DNA of 64,000 bases from Alphaproteobacteria bacterium SS10 (GCA_019192455.1 JAHCML010000003.1:1388160-1452159), one strand, 5' to 3'; numbered from the stretch's first letter, positions 17,944 to 28,643 are shown. Notes: generated by a model not told the origin, from the sequence alone. Translations and numbers: made by a program.

Positions 17944-19074
17944 CTATTGATCTGCGATGGGCGCCGGTTCGGTCGGGGCCGATGCTGCAACCTTGTCAGT
18001 TGCGGTCGAGCTCGACTGATCGTCGCTATTACTTGGTGCATTGCCCTTTAGCAAATCCGCTGGCAGGGCGCCAATCCCCGCTTCGATTTTTGCGATGCAT
18101 TGCTCTTTAAGCAGGTCATGGGCGACACCCATGGCATTGCTGAAGCCGACCGCATCGGTGCCCCCATGGCTTTTCACGCAGATCGCACGCAGACCAAGTA
18201 GGACGCCGCCATTATAGCGACGGGGGTCGGTGCGGGCCTTGAGCTTGAGGAACGCAGGGCGCGCCATCAGATAGCCAAGCCGCGCCATCAAAGACGCCGA
18301 GAAGGTGTTACGCAGGAATGAGGAGTAGAGCTGCGCCGTACCCTCTGCGGTTTTAAGCGCCACATTGCCGGTGAAGCCGTCGGTCACCACAACATCGGTG
18401 GTGCCGGTGGCAATATCATTGCCTTCAATAAACCCGTGGAAGCTGCCGGGTAGGGACATCTCGCGAAGCGTGGCGGCGGCCTCTTTAATGGTGTCATTAC
18501 CCTTCTGCTCTTCCGCCCCAACATTCAGCAGGCCGATATTCGGTGTCATGCGGCCAAGCACAGTGTTGGCAAAGACAGCGCCCATAACAGCGAACTGAAC
18601 CAGGTTGGTGACCGAGCATTCTAGATTGGCGCCAAGGTCCAGCATCACACTCTCCCCACGCTGGGTCGGGAAGAAGGAGGCAATAGCCGGCCGCGCAATA
18701 CCGGGCTGGGTCTTCAGGACAAACTTAGCCAGCGCCATAAGCGCGCCCGTGTTCCCGGCGGAGATAATGCCGTCGGCCTCACCCTTTGATACCAGATCGA
18801 TGGCGAGCCGCATGCTTGACCCGCGGGCACCACGAATAGCCTGGGACGGCTTCATATCCGCCGACACAGCTTCTTCAGTGTGAACGATACTGACGAGCGC
18901 ATCGTTCAACCGGCTGGTGGTCTCCAACAGCGGCTTGATGCGGCTCTCATCGCCGACGAGAATGATTTTGAGGTCTGGGTAGCGCTCAAGCGCCAGGTCG
19001 GTGCCAGCCACGATCGCATCGGGGGCGTTATCACCGCCCATCGCATCGACTGCGATCGTAAAACCGTCTGCCAT
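17944..19074 (-). CDS. plsX: Phosphate acyltransferase PlsX.
   Basis: TIAVDAMGGDNAP near the N-terminus. Start taken at MADGFT. A C-terminal Ser/Ala/Pro-rich tail is present. Confidence 0.9.
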   Translation of the reverse strand: MADGFTIAVDAMGGDNAPDAIVAGTDLALERYPDLKIILVGDESRIKPLLETTSRLNDALVSIVHTEEAVSADMKPSQAIRGARGSSMRLAIDLVSKGEADGIISAGNTGALMALAKFVLKTQPGIARPAIASFFPTQRGESVMLDLGANLECSVTNLVQFAVMGAVFANTVLGRMTPNIGLLNVGAEEQKGNDTIKEAAATLREMSLPGSFHGFIEGNDIATGTTDVVVTDGFTGNVALKTAEGTAQLYSSFLRNTFSASLMARLGYLMARPAFLKLKARTDPRRYNGGVLLGLRAICVKSHGGTDAVGFSNAMGVAHDLLKEQCIAKIEAGIGALPADLLKGNAPSNSDDQSSSTATDKVAASAPTEPAPIADQ

Positions 19075-19272
19075 TACAAACTCACCTGACCCACTTGCCG
19101 GCCCATTTGGCACCAACACCACCAGTATACAGCAACCACGGTTGTGGTTTCACGCATCTGTCTGATGGTGTCACTCATCGTCCAACCGACGGGGTATCCA
19201 ATCGGTGAGGCCAATCGATGCCAGCACAAGTTTGGCCAGCGGCAAACCGACTAATCAGCAGCAAATCGCTGA

Positions 19273-19458
19273 TTAGAAGTCGTTTTTACCTTCGATCACC
19301 TGACGACCGCGATACATACCGGTCTTCAGATCGATGTGGTGTGGACGGTGTGGTTCGCCCGTGTCGGGGTTTTCGACATAGGTCGGTGATTTCAATGCAT
19401 CGTGCGCGCGGCGCATGTTGCGACGGGAGCGCGAGACTTTACCCTTAGGAACAGCCAT
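19273..19458 (-). CDS. rpmF: 50S ribosomal protein L32.
   Basis: [22 protein letters not shown] is the canonical L32 N-terminus. Confidence 0.95.
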   Translation of the reverse strand: MAVPKGKVSRSRRNMRRAHDALKSPTYVENPDTGEPHRPHHIDLKTGMYRGRQVIEGKNDF

Positions 19459-19728
19459 CGGTTTTCTCTCTCAAATCAAGGCGTTCGATCACTTTATTGG
19501 CGCCCGTCCGACATTTCTGCCGGGTGCACTACGCAAGCCGCCGACCATACCGGGCCGATCAACTAAACGAGGCCAACAATCTCAATAACTTGGCCGATCA
19601 CTGCGCAAACAACCATTAAGCCAATAGCGGCGCAGACCGATCAGGACGCGCGGTTGTAACCAAAAACCGCCACGGCATCAAGTCGCTGGTTGAAAGAGCG
19701 GCTATGCAAGCCCTTCGACCGGCTCGGC

Positions 19729-20313
19729 TTAGTCTTTCCGGTGGTCCTTTAAGACCGCCAATTTCTCAAACGGACGATGGGTGCCAGGTGGCGGCTCATC
19801 GGCAGCCTCCGCCCCTTCCTTGGCCACGCCATCGGGCAACTCCGCGTCCGGTTTGCGAGGATGATCTGGCAGACCAAGGCTGATCGCCTCAACCGCGATC
19901 TCGCCTAGATTGATCTTCCCGTCGTCCAAATACTCAGGAAACGCCTCTTCCGCCTCTTCCAGGGACAGCTCCTCATGCGGGATTGCCTCCCGGTCATTCT
20001 TCAACCGGCCTGGAACGGCTAGGCGCAACTCAATTGCCTCTTCAAAACTCTGCTCGAACGGCTCTAGCGTGACAACACAAGTCAGCGTCAAATCAGCCTT
20101 CGCTGTACCAATCATGGAAACATAGCGGCCTTTGTTCAAAAGCTTCACCTGGGCGTCGACCGATAGAGCCTGAACCGCAGGGATATCGAACCGCGCAGCA
20201 ATTGCCGCACACTCATCGGCACTGGCCGTCTCAGCGATGGCCATATCCTCGTCATCCAGCCGATCAAGCGGGATGGAACGATCAAATTCATAGTTTTGGC
20301 TAGGCTTAACCAT
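19729..20313 (-). CDS. yceD: YceD/DUF177-family protein (large ribosomal subunit accumulation protein).
   Basis: Conserved position upstream of rpmF-plsX-fabH. It has the CxxC-like pattern (LTLTCVVTLEPFEQSF) typical of DUF177. Confidence 0.75.
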   Translation of the reverse strand: MVKPSQNYEFDRSIPLDRLDDEDMAIAETASADECAAIAARFDIPAVQALSVDAQVKLLNKGRYVSMIGTAKADLTLTCVVTLEPFEQSFEEAIELRLAVPGRLKNDREAIPHEELSLEEAEEAFPEYLDDGKINLGEIAVEAISLGLPDHPRKPDAELPDGVAKEGAEAADEPPPGTHRPFEKLAVLKDHRKD

Positions 20314-20350
20314 AAGATACCGTTACCTGTTCCAACGGCCTTCAGCGCCG

Positions 20351-20947
20351 TTATTCGGCGGCTGGTAGCACATCATCAGCGGCATTGGCCACCGCATCCT
20401 CTGTCGGCGCCAACGCGGTCGCGTCTGGCCAACCAATGTCACCGGCCTTAATGCGCTTGGCATCAACCGCCTCAAGCGCCTTATTCGCAGCCACGGTATA
20501 GGCGGCTAGCGCTGTCGCAGCGGGTGATACCCCTTCACCTTGTTGGCCCTGAATATTCTTTGCCAAAGCGAGCGCTAAGGTCTGATCATCCCCGGCCTGG
20601 AGTGCTGATTGATAGGCAGTGACACGACCGTGGTAATTCTCGGCCATCTTTTTGACCTTGCGGCCGACAGCTAGGTCACTGACGCCCATTTCACGCAGGT
20701 TGCGATCTAGGTCCGTCTTGAACATGTGATGAAAAAACGTGTCGATGAAGCGCTTGCTCTCGCCATCGGACTCGGGCAGCGCATTGATCGCCAGGAACGC
20801 GTGAAGGTAAAGCAGATCGAGCCGACCCCAGACCGTATCTGGCACCCCAAAATCGGTGTAGAAGATCGGCTGACGTGATTGTTCGACCAGGGCGGCATAG
20901 AGCGGCCGTGGATTCACACCGAGATTTAGAAGCTTTCTCAATATCAT
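20351..20947 (-). CDS. Ubiquinol-cytochrome c chaperone family protein (Cbp3-like).
   Basis: MILRKLLNLGVNPRPLYAALVEQSRQPIFYTDFGVPDTVWGRLDLLYLHAFL matches the Ubiq_cyt_C_chap family as I recall it. Start taken at the internal Met 20947. Confidence 0.65.
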   Translation of the reverse strand: MILRKLLNLGVNPRPLYAALVEQSRQPIFYTDFGVPDTVWGRLDLLYLHAFLAINALPESDGESKRFIDTFFHHMFKTDLDRNLREMGVSDLAVGRKVKKMAENYHGRVTAYQSALQAGDDQTLALALAKNIQGQQGEGVSPAATALAAYTVAANKALEAVDAKRIKAGDIGWPDATALAPTEDAVANAADDVLPAAE

Positions 20948-21119
20948 AGCGCTGCAATCTTGAACTTTGGCGGGCGCGTCCAAACATGCCCATCTGACCA
21001 AGCAAATGGTCTTTAATGCGGGCGCTGGCAAGCGCCTTTGCGCCACAGCTTATTACGGGTTATCACGAGACCCGCATGAAACCTATCACCCTGGCCCAAA
21101 GCTTAGGATCATTCACGGC

Positions 21120-21554
21120 ATGTTGCGAAACACCCTGCTAGCCACAGCCCTCATCAGCCTGACCGTTGCCGGTTGCTCCCCCGTGGTTGCTACCCGTGGC
21201 AACCTGATTGAGGACAAGACCCTGGCCCAGCTTGAGGTCGATGAGATGAACCGCATCGACGTGCTAAACCTGTTTGGCACGCCGACCTCACGCGCCACCT
21301 TTGACCAAGACACTTGGTACTATATCGGCCAGACGACGGAACAAACCGCCTTCTTCGAGCCAGAGGTGACGGATCGTCGGATCTTGAAGCTGCAGTTTGA
21401 CCGTGAGGGGGTGCTGCGCGATGTGCAGGAACTCTCCCTTGAAGATGCGCAAGAGATCGACACCGTCAGCCGCGAGACCCCAACCCGTGGCCGCCAGCTT
21501 GGTGTGCTGGAGCAGTTGCTGGGTAACCTAGGCCGGTTCAACCCGGAACAGTAA
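21120..21554 (+). CDS. bamE: Outer-membrane protein assembly factor BamE (SmpA/OmlA).
   Basis: Lipoprotein signal MLRNTLLATALISLTVAGCSP followed by NRIDVLNLFGTPTSRATFDQDTWYY, the SmpA_OmlA core. Start taken at the internal Met. Confidence 0.8.
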   Translation: MLRNTLLATALISLTVAGCSPVVATRGNLIEDKTLAQLEVDEMNRIDVLNLFGTPTSRATFDQDTWYYIGQTTEQTAFFEPEVTDRRILKLQFDREGVLRDVQELSLEDAQEIDTVSRETPTRGRQLGVLEQLLGNLGRFNPEQ

Positions 21555-21589
21555 GCCCAGCTACTTAGTCTGGCGCCCTACCCCAGATA

Positions 21590-21630
21590 GGAAAAAGCCC
21601 CGGCCAAATGACCGGGGCTTTTCGTTTGTC
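21590..21630. terminator. Bidirectional rho-independent terminator between bamE and hppA.
   Basis: AAAAAGCCCCGG-CCAAATGA-CCGGGGCTTTTCGTTTG has an A-tract upstream and a T-tract downstream. It lies between two convergent genes. Confidence 0.75.
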
Positions 21631-21644
21631 TCGATGGCTATGGA

Positions 21645-23726
21645 TTAGCCACCAAATTGGGCCAGGATCGCCAACATCAGGATCGCCACGATGTTGGTGA
21701 TCTTGATCATTGGGTTAACCGCTGGTCCAGCAGTGTCTTTGTAGGGGTCGCCGACGGTGTCGCCGGTGATCGCAGCCAGGTGGGCCTCAGAGCCCTTACC
21801 GCCGTGATTACCCTCTTCGATGTACTTCTTGGCGTTATCCCAAGCACCACCACCAGAGGTCATGGAGATTGCGACGAACAGGCCAGTCACAATCACACCA
21901 AGCAGCATAGCACCGACTGCGGCAAACGCCTCAACCTGGCCAGCGATCAGTGAGATCACGACATACAGAACCACAGGGGCCAGAACCGGCAGCAGGGATG
22001 GCACAACCATCTCTTTGATCGCTGCTTTGGTCAGCAGGTCGACAGCCTTGCCATATTCTGGCTTGGCGGTGCCTTCCATAATGCCTGGGATCTCTTTGAA
22101 CTGGCGGCGAACCTCAACCACAACCGCACCAGCAGCACGGCCAACGGCCGTCATGCCCATGGCACCGAAGAGGTAAGGAAGCATGCCACCAAAGAACAGG
22201 CCGACCACCACATATGGATTTTGCAGTGAGAAGATGCCGTCCACATTCACGTTCGGGAAGTAGTAGGCGAGATCTTCGAGGTAAGCCGCAAACAGCACCA
22301 GGGCAGCAAGACCGGCAGAACCGATCGCATAACCTTTGGTGACCGCCTTGGTGGTGTTACCGACAGCGTCGAGAGCGTCAGTGGTCTCACGCACATCTTC
22401 TGGCAGTTCTGACATCTCAGCGATACCGCCAGCATTGTCAGTCACTGGGCCATAAGCATCGAGTGCCACGATCATACCGGCAAGCGCCAGCATGGTGGTC
22501 GCGGCAATCGCGATGCCATAGATGCCAGCCGCGGTGAAGGCGACGATAATGCCAATGCAGATCACGATCACTGGAACAGCGGTCGACTCTAGCGAGACGG
22601 CGATACCCTGAATGATGTTGGTAGCGTGGCCAGTCTCGGAGGACTCAGCAACCGCACGAACTGGGCGATACTCGGTCGAGGTGTAGTACTCGGTGATCAC
22701 AACCAGAAGGCCGGTCACAACGAGACCAACAATCGCACAAACGATCAGGCTACGGCCGGTGACGCCATCACCCAGATCCGTGCTGAAGCCAAACATCAGG
22801 GCAACAGCCAGCAGGATCAGAACGAATGACACGACACCGCTCATGATCAGGCCCTTATAGAGCGCGCCCATGATGTTCTTGGAAGCGCCAAGCTTCACGA
22901 AGAAGGTACCGATGATCGAACCGATGATGCAGACCGCACCAATGACCAGTGGGAAGACCATCAGCATGCCTTGATTGGCACCGGTGAAGGCAATCGCACC
23001 AAGCAGCATGGTCGCCACAACGGTCACGGCATAGGTCTCGAAAAGGTCAGCGGCCATACCGGCGCAATCGCCGACATTGTCACCAACGTTATCGGCGATC
23101 ACAGCCGGGTTGCGTGGATCATCCTCTGGGATACCAGCTTCGATCTTACCGACGAGGTCAGCACCAACATCCGCACCTTTGGTGAAGATGCCGCCGCCGA
23201 GACGGGCAAAGATCGAGATCAGAGAAGCACCAAAGCTGAGTGCGACAAGCGCCTCAAGCATGTGGCGCTGGTCAACGCCGATCATCAGCAGCAGCGCGTA
23301 GTAGAGCGCAACGCCAAGAAGGCCAAGACCAACAACGAGGAAGCCGGTGATCGCACCAGACTTGAACGCGATGTCCAGCGCTGGGGCAAGACCAGTACGG
23401 GCAGCCTCAGCGGTACGCACATTGGCGCGGACCGAGACGTTCATGCCGATATAGCCAGCAACGCCCGAGAGCACAGCACCGAAGACAAAGCCGAAGGCAA
23501 CGGCAAAACCAAGGAACAGCAGCGGCACGGTGAACACGGCACCGGCGATAGCAATCGCACGATATTGGCGGTTCAAGTAAGCCTGCGCGCCCTCTTGGAC
23601 GGCGCCAGCAATCTCTTGCATGCGCTCGTTACCGGCGCTGGCCGCCAAGACCTGCCGTCCGGCAAAGACGCCATAGCCGAGCGCAAGCGCGCCACAAGCG
23701 ATGACGAAGATGAGTGTCAGTACCAT
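21645..23726 (-). CDS. hppA: Membrane-bound proton-translocating pyrophosphatase (H+-PPase).
   Basis: 693 aa, highly hydrophobic. [18 protein letters not shown] and DNVGDNVGD motifs are diagnostic for V-type H+-PPases. Confidence 0.95.
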   Translation of the reverse strand: MVLTLIFVIACGALALGYGVFAGRQVLAASAGNERMQEIAGAVQEGAQAYLNRQYRAIAIAGAVFTVPLLFLGFAVAFGFVFGAVLSGVAGYIGMNVSVRANVRTAEAARTGLAPALDIAFKSGAITGFLVVGLGLLGVALYYALLLMIGVDQRHMLEALVALSFGASLISIFARLGGGIFTKGADVGADLVGKIEAGIPEDDPRNPAVIADNVGDNVGDCAGMAADLFETYAVTVVATMLLGAIAFTGANQGMLMVFPLVIGAVCIIGSIIGTFFVKLGASKNIMGALYKGLIMSGVVSFVLILLAVALMFGFSTDLGDGVTGRSLIVCAIVGLVVTGLLVVITEYYTSTEYRPVRAVAESSETGHATNIIQGIAVSLESTAVPVIVICIGIIVAFTAAGIYGIAIAATTMLALAGMIVALDAYGPVTDNAGGIAEMSELPEDVRETTDALDAVGNTTKAVTKGYAIGSAGLAALVLFAAYLEDLAYYFPNVNVDGIFSLQNPYVVVGLFFGGMLPYLFGAMGMTAVGRAAGAVVVEVRRQFKEIPGIMEGTAKPEYGKAVDLLTKAAIKEMVVPSLLPVLAPVVLYVVISLIAGQVEAFAAVGAMLLGVIVTGLFVAISMTSGGGAWDNAKKYIEEGNHGGKGSEAHLAAITGDTVGDPYKDTAGPAVNPMIKITNIVAILMLAILAQFGG

Positions 23727-24159
23727 GGTCTCACGGGTCCTTCTCTACTGTTGTCCGCGTTTTCAAAACTCAATCGCGAATGCCGGGCCCCGTCTTTAAC
23801 TGCGGGGTCACGGCTTATCATGCCGGGCTGGCTTTCACCCCACGGGGTGCGGGGCAATCGTCGGTCGGCGTGGGAAGCATGGCCAGGTCGGCAAGAATAT
23901 TTGCCAGGCCATTGAAATGATTGAATTTACGCCGCTTCACCGATTGAAGGCCTGGGCCCAAGCCCAATAACCCCGCAACAGGTGACCCCGCGCAAAAGCG
24001 GCAGGAACATGCCCGACCAGACAGCAGAAAGCAACCAGGGATCAGGATTTCGGGCAGTTCTGCTGGGTTTTTCCGGATCGCCGGGCCCGAAACTAGGCAC
24101 AAAAAATCCGGCTAGGTCATCCCAGCCGGATTAATCGTCGAGCAAGGCTCAATCCGTAA

Positions 24160-24630
24160 TCAGATTCGGCGGTGCCGGATATTCTGGATTAGCACGTCCT
24201 TCACCGTCTCACGGCCCATCACTGACGCGACAGCTGAAGCGACTTTGCGCTTCAGGCGCAGGGTTTGAACGGCGGCACCATCGGCACCAACGGTACGATC
24301 GAACTGGCCATAAAGGCTCTGAATAACCTCATGCTGGAGGTACTTCATATTCTCTTCGTACTCAGCCGCGACGGAGGTATCCTCAACTTCGATCATCATA
24401 TCGATCTCAAGAAACTGAACCGTCCGCTGGCGATGTACCACTGGCACCCGCATTAGAGGCAGTTGCACAAAGGCAGGACCAGTCGGGCCGAGAAGCCCCT
24501 CACCTACAGCCTCGGCCTCCGTTGCTTTCGCATCGTCGGAAGAAGCCGCGATAACAGGCGAGACGTAGAACGCCACACCACCACCGGCCAACATTACAGC
24601 CAAAACCACCGCTAAAATCGCAGCGCGCAT
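24160..24630 (-). CDS. FliL-family (flagellar basal-body-associated) protein, orphan.
   Basis: N-terminal transmembrane helix. The core PAFVQLPLMRVPVV...RTVQFLEIDMMIEVEDTS...YLQHEVIQSL...VKDVLIQNI follows the FliL pattern (P-F-v-v-N-L ... ryL-v-i-LEv ... irD-i-l-L ... V-dVyF). No other flagellar genes are adjacent. Confidence 0.6.
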   Translation of the reverse strand: MRAAILAVVLAVMLAGGGVAFYVSPVIAASSDDAKATEAEAVGEGLLGPTGPAFVQLPLMRVPVVHRQRTVQFLEIDMMIEVEDTSVAAEYEENMKYLQHEVIQSLYGQFDRTVGADGAAVQTLRLKRKVASAVASVMGRETVKDVLIQNIRHRRI

Positions 24631-24744
24631 CGGAACATCCCCACTTGTTTAAGGAAGTAGCCAGCCGGATGGCACAGCTACCCTTCGCGTGAACCCATCA
24701 CCCCCCACGCACACCGGAGGATGCAGGGTATTGTGCACCTGCAC

Positions 24745-24855
24745 AAGTAAAGAAATTCCCAAAATGCGAAAAAAATCGTCTTGACGAACGTTAATAAGCT
24801 ATTGATTTGCCGAAACAATTTTAAATTTATGTCAAATTTTAGACGAATGGTTCGC
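24745..24855 (-). promoter_or_regulatory. AT-rich island (about 35-40% GC in a ~60% GC background) between the thiL stop and the FliL-like gene; putative promoter / UP-element region.
   Basis: The minus strand reads ...TTGACATAAATTTAAAATTGTTTCGGCAAATCAATAGCTTATTAACGTTCGTCAAGACG..., containing TTGACA and several TAnnnT-like hexamers. Its composition is conspicuous. Confidence 0.4.
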
Positions 24856-25865
24856 TATTCTTGGCCGTGTTGCCAGCCTGTCGCGTCCATTGATATCGGC
24901 GCACCATCCTCGCCTACCAAAGAAGCCTTACCGCCCTGTCCTTCGACCTCGACAATTCTGCCAATGATCGAGATTTTGCCAAGCGTTGGGTCTTGTCCAA
25001 CTTCAGCGATAAGCGCCTCTGCGGCCCCTTCTGGCGCCGTGAACACCAGCTCATAATCATCGCCGCCGGCGGCCAGGGCCTTCGCCTCAATATACCCACC
25101 ATCAATCGCTGCCCGGGCGGGAACAGAGAATGGCAGTCGCGCCAGATCAACCTTGGCGAAGACACCAGAGGCGGCACAGATATGGCCAAGATCGGCAAGC
25201 AAGCCATCAGACACATCTGCCGCTGCCCGTACGCCGTGCTGCCAAAGCTGCTGGCCCAGGCGCACCCGGGGATTGGGTAGATTATAACGCTTGATCAGGG
25301 CATCACGTTCGGCTGGCTGAAGCATCCCGAGCCCGCCCATCGCAGCCATCAGGCCCAGGAGGCCATCACCCACGGTCCCACTGACCAGTACGGCGTCCCC
25401 CACCTTAGCCCCATCACGGCGAATGGCTTGCCCTGCGGGGACCTGGCCAAACATGGTGATGGTCATAACCAGCTGCTGGCTGTCCGTACTGGTGGTGTCG
25501 CCACCGGCTAGATGAAGGCCAAAGGTGCTCTGGTCGCGGTAGAGCCCATCGCTGAAGGCCTGCAACCACGCCTCATCAACGTAGGATGGCAAGGTGAGGT
25601 TCAGCAGGTAGGCCTCAGGCTTAGCACCCATGGCTCCAAGATCAGACAGGTTCACCCGCAGCAGCTTCTGCGCCAGCAGGTGTGGATCGGTACCGTTTAA
25701 GAAATGGGTACCCTCCACCATCGTATCGGTGGTGATGACACGCTCACCTTCCCCAGATGGGAGGATGGCACCGTCATTGGTTAGGGATAAGCTGCCGTCA
25801 TACCCCTCGGCCAGGGGGCGGAAGTAGCGGTCGATGCGGTCAAACTCACTAAGCCGCCAAGGCAT
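24855..25865 (-). CDS. thiL: Thiamine-monophosphate kinase.
   Basis: FDRIDRYFRPLA...TTDTMVEGTHF is the AIRS/ThiL N-terminus. Conserved position after nusB. Confidence 0.9.
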   Translation of the reverse strand: MPWRLSEFDRIDRYFRPLAEGYDGSLSLTNDGAILPSGEGERVITTDTMVEGTHFLNGTDPHLLAQKLLRVNLSDLGAMGAKPEAYLLNLTLPSYVDEAWLQAFSDGLYRDQSTFGLHLAGGDTTSTDSQQLVMTITMFGQVPAGQAIRRDGAKVGDAVLVSGTVGDGLLGLMAAMGGLGMLQPAERDALIKRYNLPNPRVRLGQQLWQHGVRAAADVSDGLLADLGHICAASGVFAKVDLARLPFSVPARAAIDGGYIEAKALAAGGDDYELVFTAPEGAAEALIAEVGQDPTLGKISIIGRIVEVEGQGGKASLVGEDGAPISMDATGWQHGQE

Positions 25866-25868
25866 CGC

Positions 25869-26387
25869 CTAGCCTCGCAGCTGCTTGGCCAGGCGGTCCA
25901 TCACCGCATTCACCAGCTTTGGCTCCTTCTCACTGAAGAAGCCATCGGTGACGGTCATATACTCCTTGATCAGGAGCGAGCTATCGAACTGGCTATGGTT
26001 CAGCAGCTCATAGGCACCTGCCCGTAAAAGGCAGCGCAGCAGTGGCTCAATCCGTTCAGCGTTCCAGGGGCCGGTCACCTGACCATCGATCATGGAATCC
26101 AGGTCTTCAGAACCGGCGTGAACACCGCGCACAATCTTCGACAGAAGTTCGGTCGCTGGCGGTACCAGGGTGGCATCCTGCTCTGCATCCGGGTCAACTG
26201 GTGGTGGCTGCTCCAAGAAATCCCGGACGGCGGCTTCAACCTGCCGGTCAGGGTTCATCATCAATTGATAGAGGACCTGCACGGCGCCGAGGCGCGCGGT
26301 TGTGCGCGCGCGGAAGGTCAGGCCGCGATCTTTCTTCGCCTTGCCTTTGCTGGCGGTCTGGCCACCGGATTGATTGTCGTCAGCCAT
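25869..26387 (-). CDS. nusB: Transcription antitermination factor NusB.
   Basis: ARTTARLGAVQVLYQLMMN is the NusB core. Conserved ribH-nusB-thiL order. Confidence 0.9.
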   Translation of the reverse strand: MADDNQSGGQTASKGKAKKDRGLTFRARTTARLGAVQVLYQLMMNPDRQVEAAVRDFLEQPPPVDPDAEQDATLVPPATELLSKIVRGVHAGSEDLDSMIDGQVTGPWNAERIEPLLRCLLRAGAYELLNHSQFDSSLLIKEYMTVTDGFFSEKEPKLVNAVMDRLAKQLRG

Positions 26388-26388
26388 A

Positions 26389-26853
26389 TCAGCGCGGGTA
26401 GAGACGGAATTGATGCTTAAGCTTGATCAGGTCGATACAGGCATTAGCCGCCTCACCGCCCTTGTTCTTGCGCGCTGGATCAGCGCGCTCAATCGCTTGC
26501 TCTTCATTCTCAACGGTCAAGATGCCGTTGCCGATTGCCAGGGTGTATTGCATCGCCAGCTGATAAAGGCCGCGCGCGCTCTCATTACAAACCACATCGT
26601 AATGGCTCGTCTCACCCCGGATGACACACCCCAGCGCCACATAACCATCAAAGCGACGACGGGCGGTGAAGTAATCCATGGAGCGAACGGCATAACGAAT
26701 GCCTGATGGGATCTCTAAGGCGCCTGGAACCGTGTACACCTCATAGCTGGCACCGAACCGTTCAATGGCCTCAGTGGCGCCGGCAAGCAGCTTATCGGAC
26801 ACGTCTTCATAGTAACGCGCCTCGATGATCATGAGATGCGGGGCTTCAATCAC
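26389..26853 (-). CDS. ribH: 6,7-dimethyl-8-ribityllumazine synthase.
   Basis: LMIIEARYYEDVSDKLLAGATEAIERFG...VPGALEIP is the lumazine synthase signature. Confidence 0.95.
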   Translation of the reverse strand: MIEAPHLMIIEARYYEDVSDKLLAGATEAIERFGASYEVYTVPGALEIPSGIRYAVRSMDYFTARRRFDGYVALGCVIRGETSHYDVVCNESARGLYQLAMQYTLAIGNGILTVENEEQAIERADPARKNKGGEAANACIDLIKLKHQFRLYPR

Positions 26854-26905
26854 GGCTCTGTCCTATCGGCATTTTTATCGTTGGGGCAGCGCCAAGATCT
26901 CGGCA

Positions 26906-28036
26906 CTAAACAGGGATCGGACGATAATCGGTGATCTCAAGTTCATACCCCTCGAGACCGACCACGTTCCGGCGGCTGTTAGATAGCAGGATCATTTGCC
27001 GAATGCCAAGGTCGTGGAGGATTTGTGCCCCCACGCCGTAGTCACGCAATTCTGGCGCACCGGCGGCACCCTTATCAATCCGCGCGCGGAAGCGTTGGGA
27101 TAGCGTGTCTGCCTGCGGTTCGCGAAGCAGGACAATCGCACCCCTGCCCGCCTCGGCAACGGCCTTCATAGCAGCCTGTAGCTCGGCACCGCGCTGGCTG
27201 CCGCCATAACCAAGCAAGTCATCAAACACATCGAGCGCATGCATACGCACCAGTGCCGGCTCACCATCGCTGACATCGCCTAGGACGAGGGCCACATGCT
27301 CCGCATACTCAATCTCGTTGGCGTAGACGATCATGCGGAAGTCAGCGTCGAAGTTATTGGGAAACGGCGCTTCCAGTTCGCGGCGGATAATCAACTCGGT
27401 CCGGCGGCGATAGGCGATCAGATCGGCGATGGTGCCAATCTTGAGGCCATGACGTTTAGCGAATTGGACTAAATCCGGCAGCCGGGCCATGGTGCCATCA
27501 TCATTCATGATCTCGCAGATGACACCGGAGGCCTTACGGTCGGCCAGGCGCGCCAAATCAACGGCGGCCTCGGTATGACCAGCGCGCACCAGCACACCGC
27601 CATCGCGGGCCCGCAAGGGGAAGACATGACCCGGGGTCGCGATATCCGATGGGGTCGTCGACTGATTGATCGCAACAGCAATTGTGTGGGCGCGATCCGC
27701 GGCTGAGATACCCGTGGTAACCCCTTCCCGCGCCTCAATCGAAATGGTGAAGGCCGTCTCATGCCGGGAGGAGTTATGGGCAGCCATCAGCTCCAGACCC
27801 AATTCGTCGGCCCGGTCACTGGTCAATGCTAAACAGATCAAGCCACGGCCATACTTAGCCATGAAATTAATGGCATCGGCGTCGGCGCATTCGGATGGGA
27901 TGACGAGGTCACCCTCGTTCTCCCGATCCTCATCATCGACCAGGACAACCATACGGCCCTGGCGCGCTTCCTCGATAAGCTCTTCAGCGGTGGCGATCTC
28001 GCCTTTCAAATCATCACTCATATTCATGTGCGGCAC
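26906..28036 (-). CDS. ribBA: Bifunctional 3,4-dihydroxy-2-butanone-4-phosphate synthase / GTP cyclohydrolase II.
   Basis: N-terminal DHBP synthase motifs ([19 protein letters not shown]...[11 protein letters not shown]). The C-terminal GTP cyclohydrolase II domain is present. Confidence 0.9.
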   Translation of the reverse strand: MPHMNMSDDLKGEIATAEELIEEARQGRMVVLVDDEDRENEGDLVIPSECADADAINFMAKYGRGLICLALTSDRADELGLELMAAHNSSRHETAFTISIEAREGVTTGISAADRAHTIAVAINQSTTPSDIATPGHVFPLRARDGGVLVRAGHTEAAVDLARLADRKASGVICEIMNDDGTMARLPDLVQFAKRHGLKIGTIADLIAYRRRTELIIRRELEAPFPNNFDADFRMIVYANEIEYAEHVALVLGDVSDGEPALVRMHALDVFDDLLGYGGSQRGAELQAAMKAVAEAGRGAIVLLREPQADTLSQRFRARIDKGAAGAPELRDYGVGAQILHDLGIRQMILLSNSRRNVVGLEGYELEITDYRPIPV

Positions 28037-28614
28037 TCCAGTTGCCGCGCGACATAGCGGGCCAGCATATCAATCTCAATGTTCAAGCGCTGGCCAATCT
28101 CAGCATGCTGCAAGGTAGTTGCGGTCCAAGTGTGGGGGATGATGTTTACGCCGAAGCTATCATCGCTCACCTCATTTACTGTCAGTGAGATGCCATCGAT
28201 TGAGATGGACCCCTTCGAGGCAACATAGGGCATTAGATCGGCTGGTGGCTGGATCTTTAGGCGCCAACTCTCCCCCTCTTGCCGAACATCCTTAAGGGTC
28301 GCAAGGCCATCGACATGGCCAAACACAAAATGGCCGCCAAGCTCTTGGCCAAGGGTTAGCGAACGCTCCAAATTGATGCGGCGACCAACCTGCCAATCAC
28401 CCAGATTAGTGCGGTCCAGCGTCTCTTTAGAGGCCGTCACGCGGAACCAGTCATCGCCGCGCTCAACCACGGTTAGGCAAACGCCAGAACAGGCAATGGA
28501 GGCGCCATCCTCAACGCTCGCCATGTCATAGCCAGTTTGGATGGTGACATGGGTATCGCCGGGATTGGTAACCTCGGTCACGGTGCCGAGATCGGTGATA
28601 AGGCCAGTAAACAT
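28024..28614 (-). CDS. ribE: Riboflavin synthase (alpha subunit).
   Basis: [15 protein letters not shown] is the canonical N-terminus. Two lumazine-binding repeats. It overlaps the ribBA start by 13 nt. Confidence 0.9.
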   Translation of the reverse strand: MFTGLITDLGTVTEVTNPGDTHVTIQTGYDMASVEDGASIACSGVCLTVVERGDDWFRVTASKETLDRTNLGDWQVGRRINLERSLTLGQELGGHFVFGHVDGLATLKDVRQEGESWRLKIQPPADLMPYVASKGSISIDGISLTVNEVSDDSFGVNIIPHTWTATTLQHAEIGQRLNIEIDMLARYVARQLECRT

Positions 28615-28643
28615 GGGTACTCAAATTCGGTTATCGGGGCCGG

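Noticed and set aside
19245-19270. A 9-bp-stem hairpin (CTAATCAGC-GATTTGCT-GCTGATTAG) immediately after the rpmF stop.
   Set aside because: There is no T-tract, and rpmF is normally co-transcribed with plsX-fabH, so at most it is a weak attenuator. It is not reported as a terminator.
22971-23915. A 314-aa plus-strand ORF overlapping hppA.
   Set aside because: It is antisense to the H+-PPase gene and reads as charged low complexity (GDRTRLERD...). It is spurious.
23818-24102. A 94-aa ORF in the hppA upstream region.
   Set aside because: It is Cys/Gly/Pro-rich with no coding periodicity visible and is more likely a non-coding leader. It is kept only as part of the long-leader finding.
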